From a virus: DNA of 30,012 nt. Each line of letters opens with the position of its first letter. Positions within the stretch are counted from its first letter, which is position 1. Below the pieces are notes generated by a model, which saw only the letters and a list, made by a program, of their open reading frames with translations, was not told where the DNA came from and searched no databases. The DNA is taken from positions 1-30,012 of the IMG/VR virus record IMGVR_UViG_2886395505_000001. The stretch is one strand, 5' to 3'. Positions 1 to 9,517 of the stretch are shown in pieces. The translations under genes were made by a program, and so were the position numbers.

Positions 1-128
1 TCAATAGTTTTATCGTTTTGTTTTTCGGTTTTTTCTTTGGATTTTTCGCTGTAGTATTTTATAACTGGTATTAATAGACCTGGAGTCACTACGCTCCAAA
101 ACTGCGGATTCATTAATAAATCTTTCAT
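1..128 (-). CDS. small protein with a hydrophobic N-terminal segment, C-terminus cut by the window edge; function unknown (possibly holin-like, at the tail/lysis junction)
   Basis: ATG at 128..126 lies 4 nt after the stop of the upstream gene. My translation is MKDLLMNPQFWSVVTPGLLIPVIKYYSEKSKEKTEKQNDKTI..., open to position 1. It is absent from the ORF track because it runs off the window. Confidence 0.35.
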   Translation of the reverse strand, partial: MKDLLMNPQFWSVVTPGLLIPVIKYYSEKSKEKTEKQNDKTI

Positions 129-132
129 AATA

Positions 133-894
133 TTATAAACGTCCTATAATTTTAACTATCTCAATTTTTTCTAAATGCGTTGTTTCGTCAAGATGATTTT
201 TACCTATGTTTACAGCTACATGATTTTGGATAGTTAACATTTTTTTGGTCTCTTCGTCGACTTTTAATCTAACTTCATTAATCATAATACCTGCTTTATT
301 ACTAGCAATATTAGTCGTTGATATAGATAAACCATATTTAGTAAGGTTCCACGTCGGTAAAAACACAGTTTGGTCTAATTCTGTATTATGTCTAAACATA
401 ATTATTAATTCTGAAAATCTATCTACTCTTTCTCTTAATTCAACAGTAGTTCCTTTTCCGAAAAAGGGTCTATCATACAATACGTATTCTCTGACTTGCT
501 GCCCCCATTTTTCAGGTAAATTTTTATGACTTCCATTGACGTCCCAGTTGATTTCATACTCTCTACCTCTATCAAAATTGTACGCTTTTATAATTTTAAC
601 ATTATTCCAAACTGTAACTTCAACTAAAAATCCAGCGTTTTCAGGTAAATTACTATTTTCCATGTTTTTACTCCACGTTATATATGAACCTGCTTTTAAT
701 TCGAAAACGTTCGTGTCATCTTCTAAAAAAGTTGGTACTCCTGACGATTGATTTAATTTTTTTAACATTTCAGGTGTCATAAAACCAGCGTCCCAACTGT
801 CAACGGGAGCATGTTCTTCTAAACCACCTTTTCCCCTATGATGAACAAAATTTCTTAATAGTTTTTCAAATTGTTTTTTGCTTATGTTTTCCAT
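133..894 (-). CDS. tail fibre / receptor-binding protein candidate (253 aa)
   Basis: It is the last gene of the tail-tip block. It contains DAGFMTPEMLKKLN, which resembles the G(L/F)MS..DK.KL motif recurrent in Gram-positive phage tail fibre proteins. No enzymatic motifs were seen. Confidence 0.4.
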   Translation of the reverse strand: MENISKKQFEKLLRNFVHHRGKGGLEEHAPVDSWDAGFMTPEMLKKLNQSSGVPTFLEDDTNVFELKAGSYITWSKNMENSNLPENAGFLVEVTVWNNVKIIKAYNFDRGREYEINWDVNGSHKNLPEKWGQQVREYVLYDRPFFGKGTTVELRERVDRFSELIIMFRHNTELDQTVFLPTWNLTKYGLSISTTNIASNKAGIMINEVRLKVDEETKKMLTIQNHVAVNIGKNHLDETTHLEKIEIVKIIGRL

Positions 895-905
895 CTATTT
901 TCCTC

Positions 906-2444
906 CTAGTAAGTAAACGTTCTGTCTCGTCCCCTGTTTCCAAATTTTAACCAATCTACACTTCGATTTTTTAAATTTATCGAAAATACAGACCACGAAT
1001 CTTCGTTTAATGTATTTAAATAAGATACGTAATGTTCACTTGTGGTCGGTCCGTTTGCTGCGAAACTGTGCTGAGATATAATATGATTTATCCCGTTATA
1101 TTGATTGATAGCGTCAGTGTGTCTATGACCGTAAACAACAGCAATAACATCATGAACGTTATCAAAATTATATTCCAAATTTAATTCATACCCAGGCTGA
1201 CTAGTTGAAATGTGTCCGCCGCGTCCAGTTTTAAAAGCTTCTATTAATAATTTTATAGCTTCATGATTAGCTGAAATACCAGAACCACCACTGTACGTAC
1301 CTTTTAACGGACAATGTGTAAATATAATTACTGGTAAATCTGTTTGTAGCGCTTGTTCATAGAACCAACGAACTTGTCTAGCACTGAAAGCTGAATTTTT
1401 AAGTCTAATATGCTTTATTCTGCCGCTAGAGTCCAATTCTTCCAAAGTGTCGTATGAATCTAATCCAATAACACGAATACCGTTAACATCTCTGTAAAAA
1501 TAATTCGAATTACCGTCACGAACTTCACCGTTTGAACCATCTTGTTGATATAATTCGGCAAATTCAGAATCAGTAACTATATATTCTAAACCACCTATTC
1601 TATTTTCGAGATAAGACGAATTATCATCATGGTTACCTTTTAAAATTGCAGTCGGTGCGTCAATAGCTGTGTGAAACGTTATCCCAAAATCTTCATTATA
1701 TTTTTTAGTTTGGGTTTTGTTTTCAGCATGTGAATCGATATTATCACCTGTAGCAATCGCAAAAGCTAAGTGTTTACTAACTTCACCAACATTTAGTACA
1801 TGTGTTAGAGAGTATTTAGCTTCTCTGTTACTTCCCCAATAACTATCTCTAGTTGTATAATGAGTATCTGTTATCTGTGCTATGTTAATGTTGTCTCTTC
1901 TTTGTGAAAGTTTATGTTTCATTTCATTGATTGGTGTTTTAAAAACTGGTCTAATACCACCTTCAACGTCTTTCAATTTCACACGACCTAAGGAATCCAA
2001 AGTTTTATTTTCGATTTTATCTATTCTTTCTTTCAAAGTAGTTGAAACCTCCCCGTCAATATCAATTCTAGCGTCAATTACTTCATTTAAATCAGTATTG
2101 CTTGCTATTTGCGTATTATATCTATTTTCAAATGTTTTTGTAAACTTATCTACATCTTCTTGCACTTTATCATTTTGTTCTATCATTTTCATATTGTTTT
2201 CAAGAACTTTGTTTGTTAGTACAGAAATCCATTCCACAAACCTCGCTATCGATTCTCTAACATCAATACCAAATTTTTTTTGTCTGATCCATGTAGCAAG
2301 TTGTATAGAAACACTGTCTTTTCGTCCTTTTACAATATCTTCCTGAACATTTTCAATATGTTCAGGATCTCTGTAATAATTATCGTTATTATCTGCTTCA
2401 TCACCGATAATAGCTTTTAAAGTAGAAAAATTATGTTTACTCAT
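906..2444 (-). CDS. tail/baseplate-associated protein with a C-terminal calcineurin-like metallophosphoesterase domain (512 aa)
   Basis: All five MPE motifs occur in canonical order: ITDTHY (DxH), TGDNID (GDxxD), KGNHDD (GNHD/E), IIFTHCP (H), YGHRH (GHxH). The N-terminal ~170 aa are helical/coiled-coil-like. SD AAGGAGAAG precedes the ATG. There is an 8-nt overlap with the Tal gene. Confidence 0.75.
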   Translation of the reverse strand: MSKHNFSTLKAIIGDEADNNDNYYRDPEHIENVQEDIVKGRKDSVSIQLATWIRQKKFGIDVRESIARFVEWISVLTNKVLENNMKMIEQNDKVQEDVDKFTKTFENRYNTQIASNTDLNEVIDARIDIDGEVSTTLKERIDKIENKTLDSLGRVKLKDVEGGIRPVFKTPINEMKHKLSQRRDNINIAQITDTHYTTRDSYWGSNREAKYSLTHVLNVGEVSKHLAFAIATGDNIDSHAENKTQTKKYNEDFGITFHTAIDAPTAILKGNHDDNSSYLENRIGGLEYIVTDSEFAELYQQDGSNGEVRDGNSNYFYRDVNGIRVIGLDSYDTLEELDSSGRIKHIRLKNSAFSARQVRWFYEQALQTDLPVIIFTHCPLKGTYSGGSGISANHEAIKLLIEAFKTGRGGHISTSQPGYELNLEYNFDNVHDVIAVVYGHRHTDAINQYNGINHIISQHSFAANGPTTSEHYVSYLNTLNEDSWSVFSINLKNRSVDWLKFGNRGRDRTFTY

Positions 2445-4056
2445 TGTTTTTCTTCTCCTTTAATTTTTTTTCTGCTTCTTTTATTTTCTCTAAATCTTCA
2501 ATAGCTTTCAATTTAGTATTTATATTTTCAATCAAAGTTGAATAATTCGTTATTCGTGTTTCAGTTATATTGATTTGAATTTCTACTAAATTTAAATTTT
2601 CTCTTTGATTTTTAGGTAAAGCTTCTAATCTAGCTTTTTCAGTACGTAAAACTTCTAAATTTTGCCTTTCAAATTCTAATGAATTTTGTGCTTGAGTTTT
2701 ACTAGTGTTCAAAGTATTTTTATTATTTTGTCTGTCTACTCTTTCAATCTCTGACTTTAATTGACCTTGTACATTTTCTAACTCTTTCTGTTTAGCGTTC
2801 AATTCAGCTTCAACTCGTTTTCTAGCTGCGATTTCATTTTCAGTTTGTCTTTGCATAGATTTTTTAGCTTCTTGTTGTTGTAACTGATAAATAGATAATG
2901 TTTGACCACTTGAGCCAATTTTCAAATTTACAAGTTGCGGATTTAATATATCAATTTCTTTTTCCACAATTTGTAAATTTTCAATTCCTGAAATTGGAGC
3001 ATTTTCAATAGGGTGTTTATTTCCAAGTTTATATTTCGGAAATTTATTATCTATTAAATATAATTCAATTGTTTCAACAGACCATGATGCAATAGCTAAC
3101 TTTTGTTCTGAAAGATATTGCTCACCCCTTTTCTTCAAAATATGAGGATCTGAAATCTCAGTCCAGTCAACAGATTTTTGAATAATTCCAAATTCTTTCA
3201 CTAAAGATTCATCTTCTAAATAAATAAGCCCATTATTTACTGATTCGATTGTTACACGTTCTCTAGTGACATATTGTCCAGTTTCTTCTTCACGTTCTAC
3301 AGCATCTTCTTTGTCTGCTCCAACTGGCACTAGACGTGTTATTATGTTTTCAGGATTTAATTCTCGTCTAGCTGTTTTAATGTTTTTTTCAAGTGAAATA
3401 GGACTATTCACGAACATTCCTACTTCCTTAAGCCAATCTAAATACAAGTGTCCCTCTTTATCAACTTCTAAAACTAGATAACCACCTAGTCTTTCTAAAA
3501 CGTATGTTTTTATAGTTTCAAATGTATCATCATAAGCAGTGTATCGAAAAGGTAAGTCTGTTACATTTGGAATAGTAACATCTTTAACTGTAAATCTTTT
3601 GTGAACTTCTACTTGTTTATTATGTTGATTTATAATATGGGCAAAATAAAATTTAACACCGTCATTTTTATATTTTGTGAAAACTTGCGCTGAATCATGC
3701 AAATAACCTTTTAAATCTTCACAAACAAAACTTTTTGAAAAGAAACCACTTTGTGACATTTCTCCAGTTGTTGTTAGAACACGTCCAATAAACTCTTGCT
3801 CTTTATCTCTTAAATTGATAACTTCAACAATTCCGACAATGAAATTAATATCATTGTAATGCTGATGATCATAAGCTATTGAAAACTCAAAAGACCACAA
3901 AGATTCTAGTGATTGTACTATTTTTCCAGAAATCAATTTATTATCGAACGTTCTAGCGTCATGTAAAATTTTTGGATTTTTCAATTTCTTTTTACAATCT
4001 TTAAAATGTTTAAAATTATCATAATACAATACTCTATATCCACCAATATTATTCAC
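2437..4056 (-). CDS. tail-associated lysin-like / tail tip protein (Tal; phage minor structural protein N-terminal region) with a C-terminal coiled coil
   Basis: Position is immediately after Dit. Size is 539 aa. The N-terminal ~380 aa are typical of siphovirus Tal/prophage tail proteins. The last ~150 aa are heptad-rich (QQQEAKK...KLKEKKNNE). Confidence 0.65.
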   Translation of the reverse strand: MNNIGGYRVLYYDNFKHFKDCKKKLKNPKILHDARTFDNKLISGKIVQSLESLWSFEFSIAYDHQHYNDINFIVGIVEVINLRDKEQEFIGRVLTTTGEMSQSGFFSKSFVCEDLKGYLHDSAQVFTKYKNDGVKFYFAHIINQHNKQVEVHKRFTVKDVTIPNVTDLPFRYTAYDDTFETIKTYVLERLGGYLVLEVDKEGHLYLDWLKEVGMFVNSPISLEKNIKTARRELNPENIITRLVPVGADKEDAVEREEETGQYVTRERVTIESVNNGLIYLEDESLVKEFGIIQKSVDWTEISDPHILKKRGEQYLSEQKLAIASWSVETIELYLIDNKFPKYKLGNKHPIENAPISGIENLQIVEKEIDILNPQLVNLKIGSSGQTLSIYQLQQQEAKKSMQRQTENEIAARKRVEAELNAKQKELENVQGQLKSEIERVDRQNNKNTLNTSKTQAQNSLEFERQNLEVLRTEKARLEALPKNQRENLNLVEIQINITETRITNYSTLIENINTKLKAIEDLEKIKEAEKKLKEKKNNE

Positions 4057-4760
4057 GCTAATACCTCCGAAGTCCAGTGAAAACTAATAATACCTTCTCC
4101 TTGAACTACAATTTTGTTTAGCCCCGGATTTAAAACTATAGAAGTAACAAGACTTTTATTAACAATACGTTTATTTTTATCTTGCATTATTGTCATATTA
4201 GAAGTAGCTTTAACTTCTGATTTAACAGCGTTTGTTCCGTTATTAACAAGTATTATTTCTTTTTTACCATTAACAATATATTTAGTAAAACTAGCTACAC
4301 CGTCGTTAAAATCAAAAGAATCCCAAACATCATCAAAATATTTTTTTAAACTGAACATAAACGGATAACAATCAAAAACTATAGTAGCGATTAATTTATC
4401 GAATTTATTGTCGTGTTCTACTTCCACAGATTTACATTTACCTAACCAAAAATACGAACTATCGTGACTGTCATACAATTTATTTTTTCCAAAAGGCATT
4501 AATTCCCTTTTTAATATAGTTTCAAATCTAGATCTGTCACTGTAATCATTATCTAGTAATAGAAATTCATAAGTTATCTCTCTATTTTTAAAAATTCTCT
4601 CTCCTAAAATCATTGAAAAGTCGAGTACCCCTTGTTTAAAAGGAATATCCTCGACAATTTCTTTTTCTTGCGGAGAAGGTGCATCTCGATTTATTAAATA
4701 TAAATTGTGTTCTTTGCTATTAAAACCAACAAATTCTATCATTTCGTTAATTTTTACCAT
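4053..4760 (-). CDS. distal tail protein (Dit; Sipho_tail family)
   Basis: 235 aa, directly downstream of the tape measure gene with a 7-nt overlap. The N-terminus (MVKINEMIEFVGFNSKEHNLYLINRDAPSPQEKEIVEDIPFKQGVLDF) has the usual Dit pattern. Confidence 0.7.
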   Translation of the reverse strand: MVKINEMIEFVGFNSKEHNLYLINRDAPSPQEKEIVEDIPFKQGVLDFSMILGERIFKNREITYEFLLLDNDYSDRSRFETILKRELMPFGKNKLYDSHDSSYFWLGKCKSVEVEHDNKFDKLIATIVFDCYPFMFSLKKYFDDVWDSFDFNDGVASFTKYIVNGKKEIILVNNGTNAVKSEVKATSNMTIMQDKNKRIVNKSLVTSIVLNPGLNKIVVQGEGIISFHWTSEVLA

Positions 4761-7700
4761 GAAAACCTACCTCCCAAAACAGTATTTTTTCCAAGCCTTG
4801 AATCCATGATACTAGCTACTTCTCTATCATTCATGTAAATTACATGTCCTTTCTTAGTCTCCGCCACAAGTTCTTCAACTTGTTTAACTAAATTCTTTTG
4901 ATTAACAACGTTATCTATATTGTGATTTATCGATTGCGGTGTGTGTGATACTGTTAAACTTCTTGATAAATTACTTTCTAAATTAGCTAAATTCAGACCT
5001 TTTTCAAAAATGTTAGCAGTATCTATCGCAAAATCTTTAGCAGTATCTTTTATGAAATCAAAACTTTTTTCTAGCAATTTGCCAGATTCTTCAACTCCAA
5101 CAGCAACCCCTGCACCTAGCCAATAACCCACATCATCTCTAAAAAGCCTAGAAGGTGAATGAATTTTAGCAGCTGCTCTAGCTGCTTCGTTAGCTTTAGA
5201 TATAATTGCGTTCGCTGCAGCAGCAACTGCTCCTAAAGCGGACCTCATACCCGCAGCAACACCCTCACCAATGTATCGACCTGCTGAAACCATAGCTCCG
5301 TAACCAGATCTAATCGTTGCTGCTGTTTGATTTACCATAGACTGTGCTGCTGACACCATTTGACTTCCAGCTGAACGAAAAGCAGAAACTATTTGACTAC
5401 CACCGTTAACAACAATCGATACGATAGATGACATACCACTCGCAAAAATAGAACGTATCTGATTCATAGTAGACTGTGCTACTGCGACCATTCGACTTCC
5501 AGCAGAAGTCATAGCGCTTACCATTCTAGAAGTACCGCTTAAAACAGCTTGTCCTGCCGAAGACATGCCACTTACAACAACTGAAACTATTTGCGACATA
5601 GTCGCTTGCATAATAGTTGTCATTCGTGTTCCAGTAGTTTGTATAGATGTACTTATTTGATTAGCTGTGTTTTGTACTGCTGTTGCAGCAGTTGTCATAG
5701 ATGTAGCTATACCGTTTCCTAAAACTTGAATTTGACTTAAAGCACTTTGTGCAGAACTTCCTAAATTTGATAAAGATGACATAGTACCTGAAACTTGACT
5801 ATTAAATGAACTTAAACCACTTTCCGCATTAGCTACAGCTGTATTTATCGTCATTATTTGACTTGTAAATTGACTGATAGAAGCCCCTACACTAGATAAA
5901 TTAGTTAAAGAACTAGCAACACTAACTGTAAAAGTAGTCACAGCAGTACTTACAGTTGTTAAAACTGGAAGTATCATGTTTAAAGCTGTTGTGAATTGCA
6001 TAACCATCGGTGATACTGTAGTTAAACTAGTCATTGAAGTAGTAACACTAGTTCCAAAAGTCGTTAAAGCAGTTTGAACGCTTGTTAAAATTGTCGGTAT
6101 CTGCATTAGTGACGTTTGTAAAGTTGTGAAAACAGCTGGTAAACTTGTAATAGATGATTGAACGCTACTTACAGCTGTTCCAATCATGCTCATTGACATT
6201 CCAAAAGCCATTGATACACCTGTTAAACTCATCATAGATGAACCTAATTGTACAAAAGCCGAACTAATAGATGTTAATTCTCCTAACTTTCCTGAAACAA
6301 GAGCGATACCTGCTGCAACAGATGCCATTGTAGCAATAATGCTTCCGGCACCTATATTTGATAAATTCTGCATTCCCTCCGAAAAAAGCCTAAATCCGTT
6401 TCCAGCTTTTTCGGCAGATTCACCAATTGAACGTATAACTCCTGAAACTGAATCTAATATACCACTTACTGCACTTCCAAATGATTCAATAACACCTTTA
6501 GCACCATTAAAAACAGATTCTATAACACCTTTAAATGAATTGATAGTCCCTGTAATACTATTGATTATCCCTGGAATTGTTCCAGCTAGTTCAGTAAAAG
6601 CAGATATTATCGACGGTAAATTAGATACTACAATTGACACCATTTCAGTTATTGCTGGTATGAAGGGAGCTATAGCACTAACTACTTGTACAATTGCATT
6701 AGAAACAACTGTTACTATACCTTGGAAACTTGACATGATAGCTGGTAAAACTGGCGCTAAAGCAGTCACTATTTGAACTGCTGCATTTGCTAAAGTAGTT
6801 ACTATAGATGTAAATACTTCTCCTATTATTCCTACTATCGGAGTTAATGTTGTAATTATTTGCGAAGCACCATTAGCTATAGCTGTAATTACAGTTGATA
6901 TAGCTGTTCCTGCAGCAGTTATTACTGGACTTAATGTACTAAAAGCAACTATCACTTGACTAATAGCAGTACCAAATGCTAATACTAAAGGACTAAGCAT
7001 AGCAAATGATGAAGCTACTGTAGGTAAAACTCCTGCTACAGTGACTAGACCTTGAGCAAACGCTCCGATTACTGCTGTAGCTATACCACCAATTGCGCTT
7101 CCTACCGCCATTACAACTGAAGAAAGCCCACTAAATACTGCAGTTATCCCCTCAGCTTGAGTTAATACCATTGTTATAGCTGCTCCAACTGCTAATATAG
7201 CAGCAGAAAAAGCTAACATCGTGAAAGGATTGACAGTCGCTAATCCAGTAAAAGCCCTTGCTACAGCTGTTCCAATTCCTTTAAAAACCGAAGCTATACC
7301 TTGTCCCAAACCTACAAAAACAGATTTAATAGACGCACCAAAACTTTTTACTAACGCAAACATTCCAGAAAATGGATTTTTTGGAAATTTTGGTGGTGGT
7401 ATTATCGGAGCTTTAACTTTCAAGTTTTTCAATCTCTTAAACGCAGCAATAGCTACTCCAACTCCGATGATTAAAGGAGTGAACGCTCCTACGTTAAATT
7501 TTCCAAAAGCATTAACTATAGCGTCTATAGCTGGTTGTGCAATTTCTTTTAATTTACTGAAAGCTGCCGCTACTTCACTAACTGCTGAATTAACTATATT
7601 TCTGAATGTTTCTGAATGTTTATAAGCATAAACTAGACCAGCGACTAAAGCAGCTATTGCAATTATTGCTAAAGCAAACGGATTGGATAAAACAGCACCA

Positions 7701-8716
7701 ATTCCTTTAAAAACGGAACTCATGGAGCCTACTGTTTTCATTATTCTAGAAATAGCTAACATAATCGGTCCTGCTCCTACGGCAATCGCAGCAAGCCACT
7801 TTTGCCAAGGGGCTAAAGGTAAATTATTCCATATGTTACCTAAAACCCTTTTTATGTTTTTAGCAAAATTTCCAATAGTTTCACTCATATTAGACATTAA
7901 TTGAGATATATTTGCTTCATTATCACCTAAACCTGCCACCAAGTTTTTCCCAGCAGACGCCATAGCGATAAATGAACCTGAAACTGTATCACTTGCTTCT
8001 TTTGCTGTAGTACCTGTAATTCCTAGTTTATCTTGAGCTTTTTGAATACCTTCAATTAATTTATGAAATGGTATATCTTTAACATTTTCAGCTGTCGCTT
8101 TAAAACCATCTCCCATAACACCAGTGTCATTGATAAGCCTCGCCATTTCAGCTTGAGTACCACCGTACCCAAGTTTTAAATTGTCTAAAAGACCAAATTG
8201 CCCCCTAGAAAATCCAGCATAAGCTTGTTGCAGCGACTCTAAACGAGTACCCATTTTATTAGAATTATCAGACATCTGTACAATTGCTTGGTCTGCATAT
8301 TGAGCTGCTTGCTTAGCGTCTCCACCGAGACCTTGTAGTAAAACACCAGCCATAGACGTTGACTGTTCCATATATTTTGTCGCTGAAACTCCAGCTGTAC
8401 GATAAGCTCTGTTAGCGTTGTCTATAACTGTTTGTGATGCGTCACCCATTTCATTTGCGAAAAGAGTTCTAACACCACCAACAGCTTGTTCTAAATCAGC
8501 GTAAGATCTAATCACAGCACCTACTCCAGCTACGGCGGGAGCAGTAAAAGCTCCAGTCATCGCCATTCCAGCAGAACCAAGCGAATTAGCTACATTTTCA
8601 AAAGTTCTATTACTTTTACTTTTCAACGATTCAATAGCTGTTTGAGCTTCTTTCATACCACTTGCGAAATTTGTAACATTAGCTTTCAATATAGCTGTAA
8701 CATCGTAAGTAGACAT
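4754..8716 (-). CDS. tail tape measure protein (1320 aa)
   Basis: It is the largest ORF and lies between the GT chaperones and Dit. The N-terminal region resembles a TP901-type TMP core (..LEQAVGGVRTLF..SATKYMEQSTSMAGVLLQGLGG..). The central part is long and Gly/Ala/Val/Ile-rich. The C-terminal part has tandem ~44-aa repeats. SD AAGGAGG precedes the ATG. Confidence 0.92.
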   Translation of the reverse strand: MSTYDVTAILKANVTNFASGMKEAQTAIESLKSKSNRTFENVANSLGSAGMAMTGAFTAPAVAGVGAVIRSYADLEQAVGGVRTLFANEMGDASQTVIDNANRAYRTAGVSATKYMEQSTSMAGVLLQGLGGDAKQAAQYADQAIVQMSDNSNKMGTRLESLQQAYAGFSRGQFGLLDNLKLGYGGTQAEMARLINDTGVMGDGFKATAENVKDIPFHKLIEGIQKAQDKLGITGTTAKEASDTVSGSFIAMASAGKNLVAGLGDNEANISQLMSNMSETIGNFAKNIKRVLGNIWNNLPLAPWQKWLAAIAVGAGPIMLAISRIMKTVGSMSSVFKGIGAVLSNPFALAIIAIAALVAGLVYAYKHSETFRNIVNSAVSEVAAAFSKLKEIAQPAIDAIVNAFGKFNVGAFTPLIIGVGVAIAAFKRLKNLKVKAPIIPPPKFPKNPFSGMFALVKSFGASIKSVFVGLGQGIASVFKGIGTAVARAFTGLATVNPFTMLAFSAAILAVGAAITMVLTQAEGITAVFSGLSSVVMAVGSAIGGIATAVIGAFAQGLVTVAGVLPTVASSFAMLSPLVLAFGTAISQVIVAFSTLSPVITAAGTAISTVITAIANGASQIITTLTPIVGIIGEVFTSIVTTLANAAVQIVTALAPVLPAIMSSFQGIVTVVSNAIVQVVSAIAPFIPAITEMVSIVVSNLPSIISAFTELAGTIPGIINSITGTINSFKGVIESVFNGAKGVIESFGSAVSGILDSVSGVIRSIGESAEKAGNGFRLFSEGMQNLSNIGAGSIIATMASVAAGIALVSGKLGELTSISSAFVQLGSSMMSLTGVSMAFGMSMSMIGTAVSSVQSSITSLPAVFTTLQTSLMQIPTILTSVQTALTTFGTSVTTSMTSLTTVSPMVMQFTTALNMILPVLTTVSTAVTTFTVSVASSLTNLSSVGASISQFTSQIMTINTAVANAESGLSSFNSQVSGTMSSLSNLGSSAQSALSQIQVLGNGIATSMTTAATAVQNTANQISTSIQTTGTRMTTIMQATMSQIVSVVVSGMSSAGQAVLSGTSRMVSAMTSAGSRMVAVAQSTMNQIRSIFASGMSSIVSIVVNGGSQIVSAFRSAGSQMVSAAQSMVNQTAATIRSGYGAMVSAGRYIGEGVAAGMRSALGAVAAAANAIISKANEAARAAAKIHSPSRLFRDDVGYWLGAGVAVGVEESGKLLEKSFDFIKDTAKDFAIDTANIFEKGLNLANLESNLSRSLTVSHTPQSINHNIDNVVNQKNLVKQVEELVAETKKGHVIYMNDREVASIMDSRLGKNTVLGGRFSW

Positions 8717-8719
8717 GTG

Positions 8720-9456
8720 TTAACCTCCTTTCTTTTCAATATATTCATTAGCTAAAGCATTAATTTCTGCTAAACTAATTTTTTTAGAAGATTTTTTATT
8801 ATTCTTTTGTGTAAATATGTTTTCAATTTCATTAGACCAATCAAAAAATTCTTTAAAATTTCTAAATTTTGATTTAATATTTTTACCACTACCTCTTGTA
8901 GCTTGAACAGCTTGATTTAACCAAGCCCCTTGAGCTTTCAAAAATACTTCATCAGTCATTTTAATTTCAAAAGCTTTTTGATAAACCATAAATTCAGAAA
9001 TAGTTGTATTATACGCTTCACTATAATTTAAATTTTGTCTTGCTATTAAAAAAGCTATACAATCTGCGTAACTGTATTCGTATCCACTTTTTGAACTGGA
9101 ACTTGATTTGTTTGTCCCGTTTCCATTTTCATCGCATAACGTAAAAGTGGTGACTTTTTTATTTCTTCAAATAAATCAAAAATTAATTTATCTAATTGTC
9201 CGTTTTCTGCTTTTTCGTTTAAGAAAATTTCTAAATCTTCATTGCTTGGTTTTTGTAAGGCTTGAGCAGTCGCAGCTTTAATTACATCTACAACCGCTAA
9301 AGGATCTTGCAACATTGAACCAATACTCAATAAAGCTAAAGCCCCATAGCCCGTTGACATACCGTCAAAAGAAGTTGATTTTCTTTTATTCATTTCTTGT
9401 AAAAATCCAAGACCAAAATGTAAATTGTAGTTTTTGTTGTTAATTGTTAATTGCAT
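8720..9456 (-). CDS. tail assembly chaperone, long form (gpGT-like) made by a -1 frameshift: 9456->9154 in frame 0, then the -1 frame to the stop at 8720
   Basis: By my translation the -1 frame is open from 9166 down to 8720, with no ATG before 8989. The listed 89-aa ORF (8720..8989) has no start context of its own. The arrangement matches the conserved G/GT architecture of long-tailed phages. Confidence 0.75.
9055..9456 (-). CDS. tail assembly chaperone, short form (gpG-like)
   Basis: 133 aa, between the major tail protein and TMP genes. It contains the slippery heptamer near its 3' end. Confidence 0.8.
   Translation of the reverse strand: MQLTINNKNYNLHFGLGFLQEMNKRKSTSFDGMSTGYGALALLSIGSMLQDPLAVVDVIKAATAQALQKPSNEDLEIFLNEKAENGQLDKLIFDLFEEIKKSPLLRYAMKMETGQTNQVPVQKVDTNTVTQIV
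9154..9160 (-). promoter_or_regulatory. -1 programmed ribosomal frameshift slippery heptamer A_AAA_AAG
   Basis: The minus strand reads gaa gaa at[A AAA AAG] tca in the gpG frame (..EEIKKS..). The plus strand is ctttttt at 9154..9160. Confidence 0.75.
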
Positions 9457-9480
9457 AAATTATTCTCCTTGTTAAAAAAT

Positions 9481-9512
9481 TATAAAAATAAAAAGGCAGA
9501 ATTTATCTGCCT
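9481..9512 (-). terminator. rho-independent terminator downstream of the major tail protein gene
   Basis: The minus strand reads AGGCAGA-taaat-TCTGCCT followed by TTTTATTTTTATA. That is a 7-bp stem (9494..9500 / 9506..9512), a 5-nt loop and a T-tract. Confidence 0.7.
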
Positions 9513-9517
9513 ATAAA

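Noticed and set aside
245-751. Plus-strand ORFs of 94 aa and 71 aa
   Set aside because: They lie entirely antisense within the 253-aa minus-strand gene. Their Leu/Ser/Phe/Ile-rich translation is typical of the shadow frame of AT-rich coding DNA. They have no SD. The minus-strand gene fits the operon.
1882-2346. Plus-strand 154-aa ORF
   Set aside because: It is a shadow ORF inside the metallophosphoesterase tail gene, with low-complexity hydrophobic translation and no start context.
7601-7620. Exact 10-bp tandem duplication tctgaatgtt x2 inside the TMP gene
   Set aside because: It is not a multiple of 3, and the reading frame runs straight through it (..KHSETFRN..). It is most likely chance or a minor slippage relic, with no independent function evident.
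4114-7904. Six plus-strand ORFs (61-196 aa) antisense to the Dit and tape-measure genes
   Set aside because: The minus-strand frames give long, coherent Dit and TMP proteins. The antisense frames are low-complexity reflections (reverse-complement codons of the Ala/Gly/Val/Ile/Ser-rich minus-strand coding sequence).
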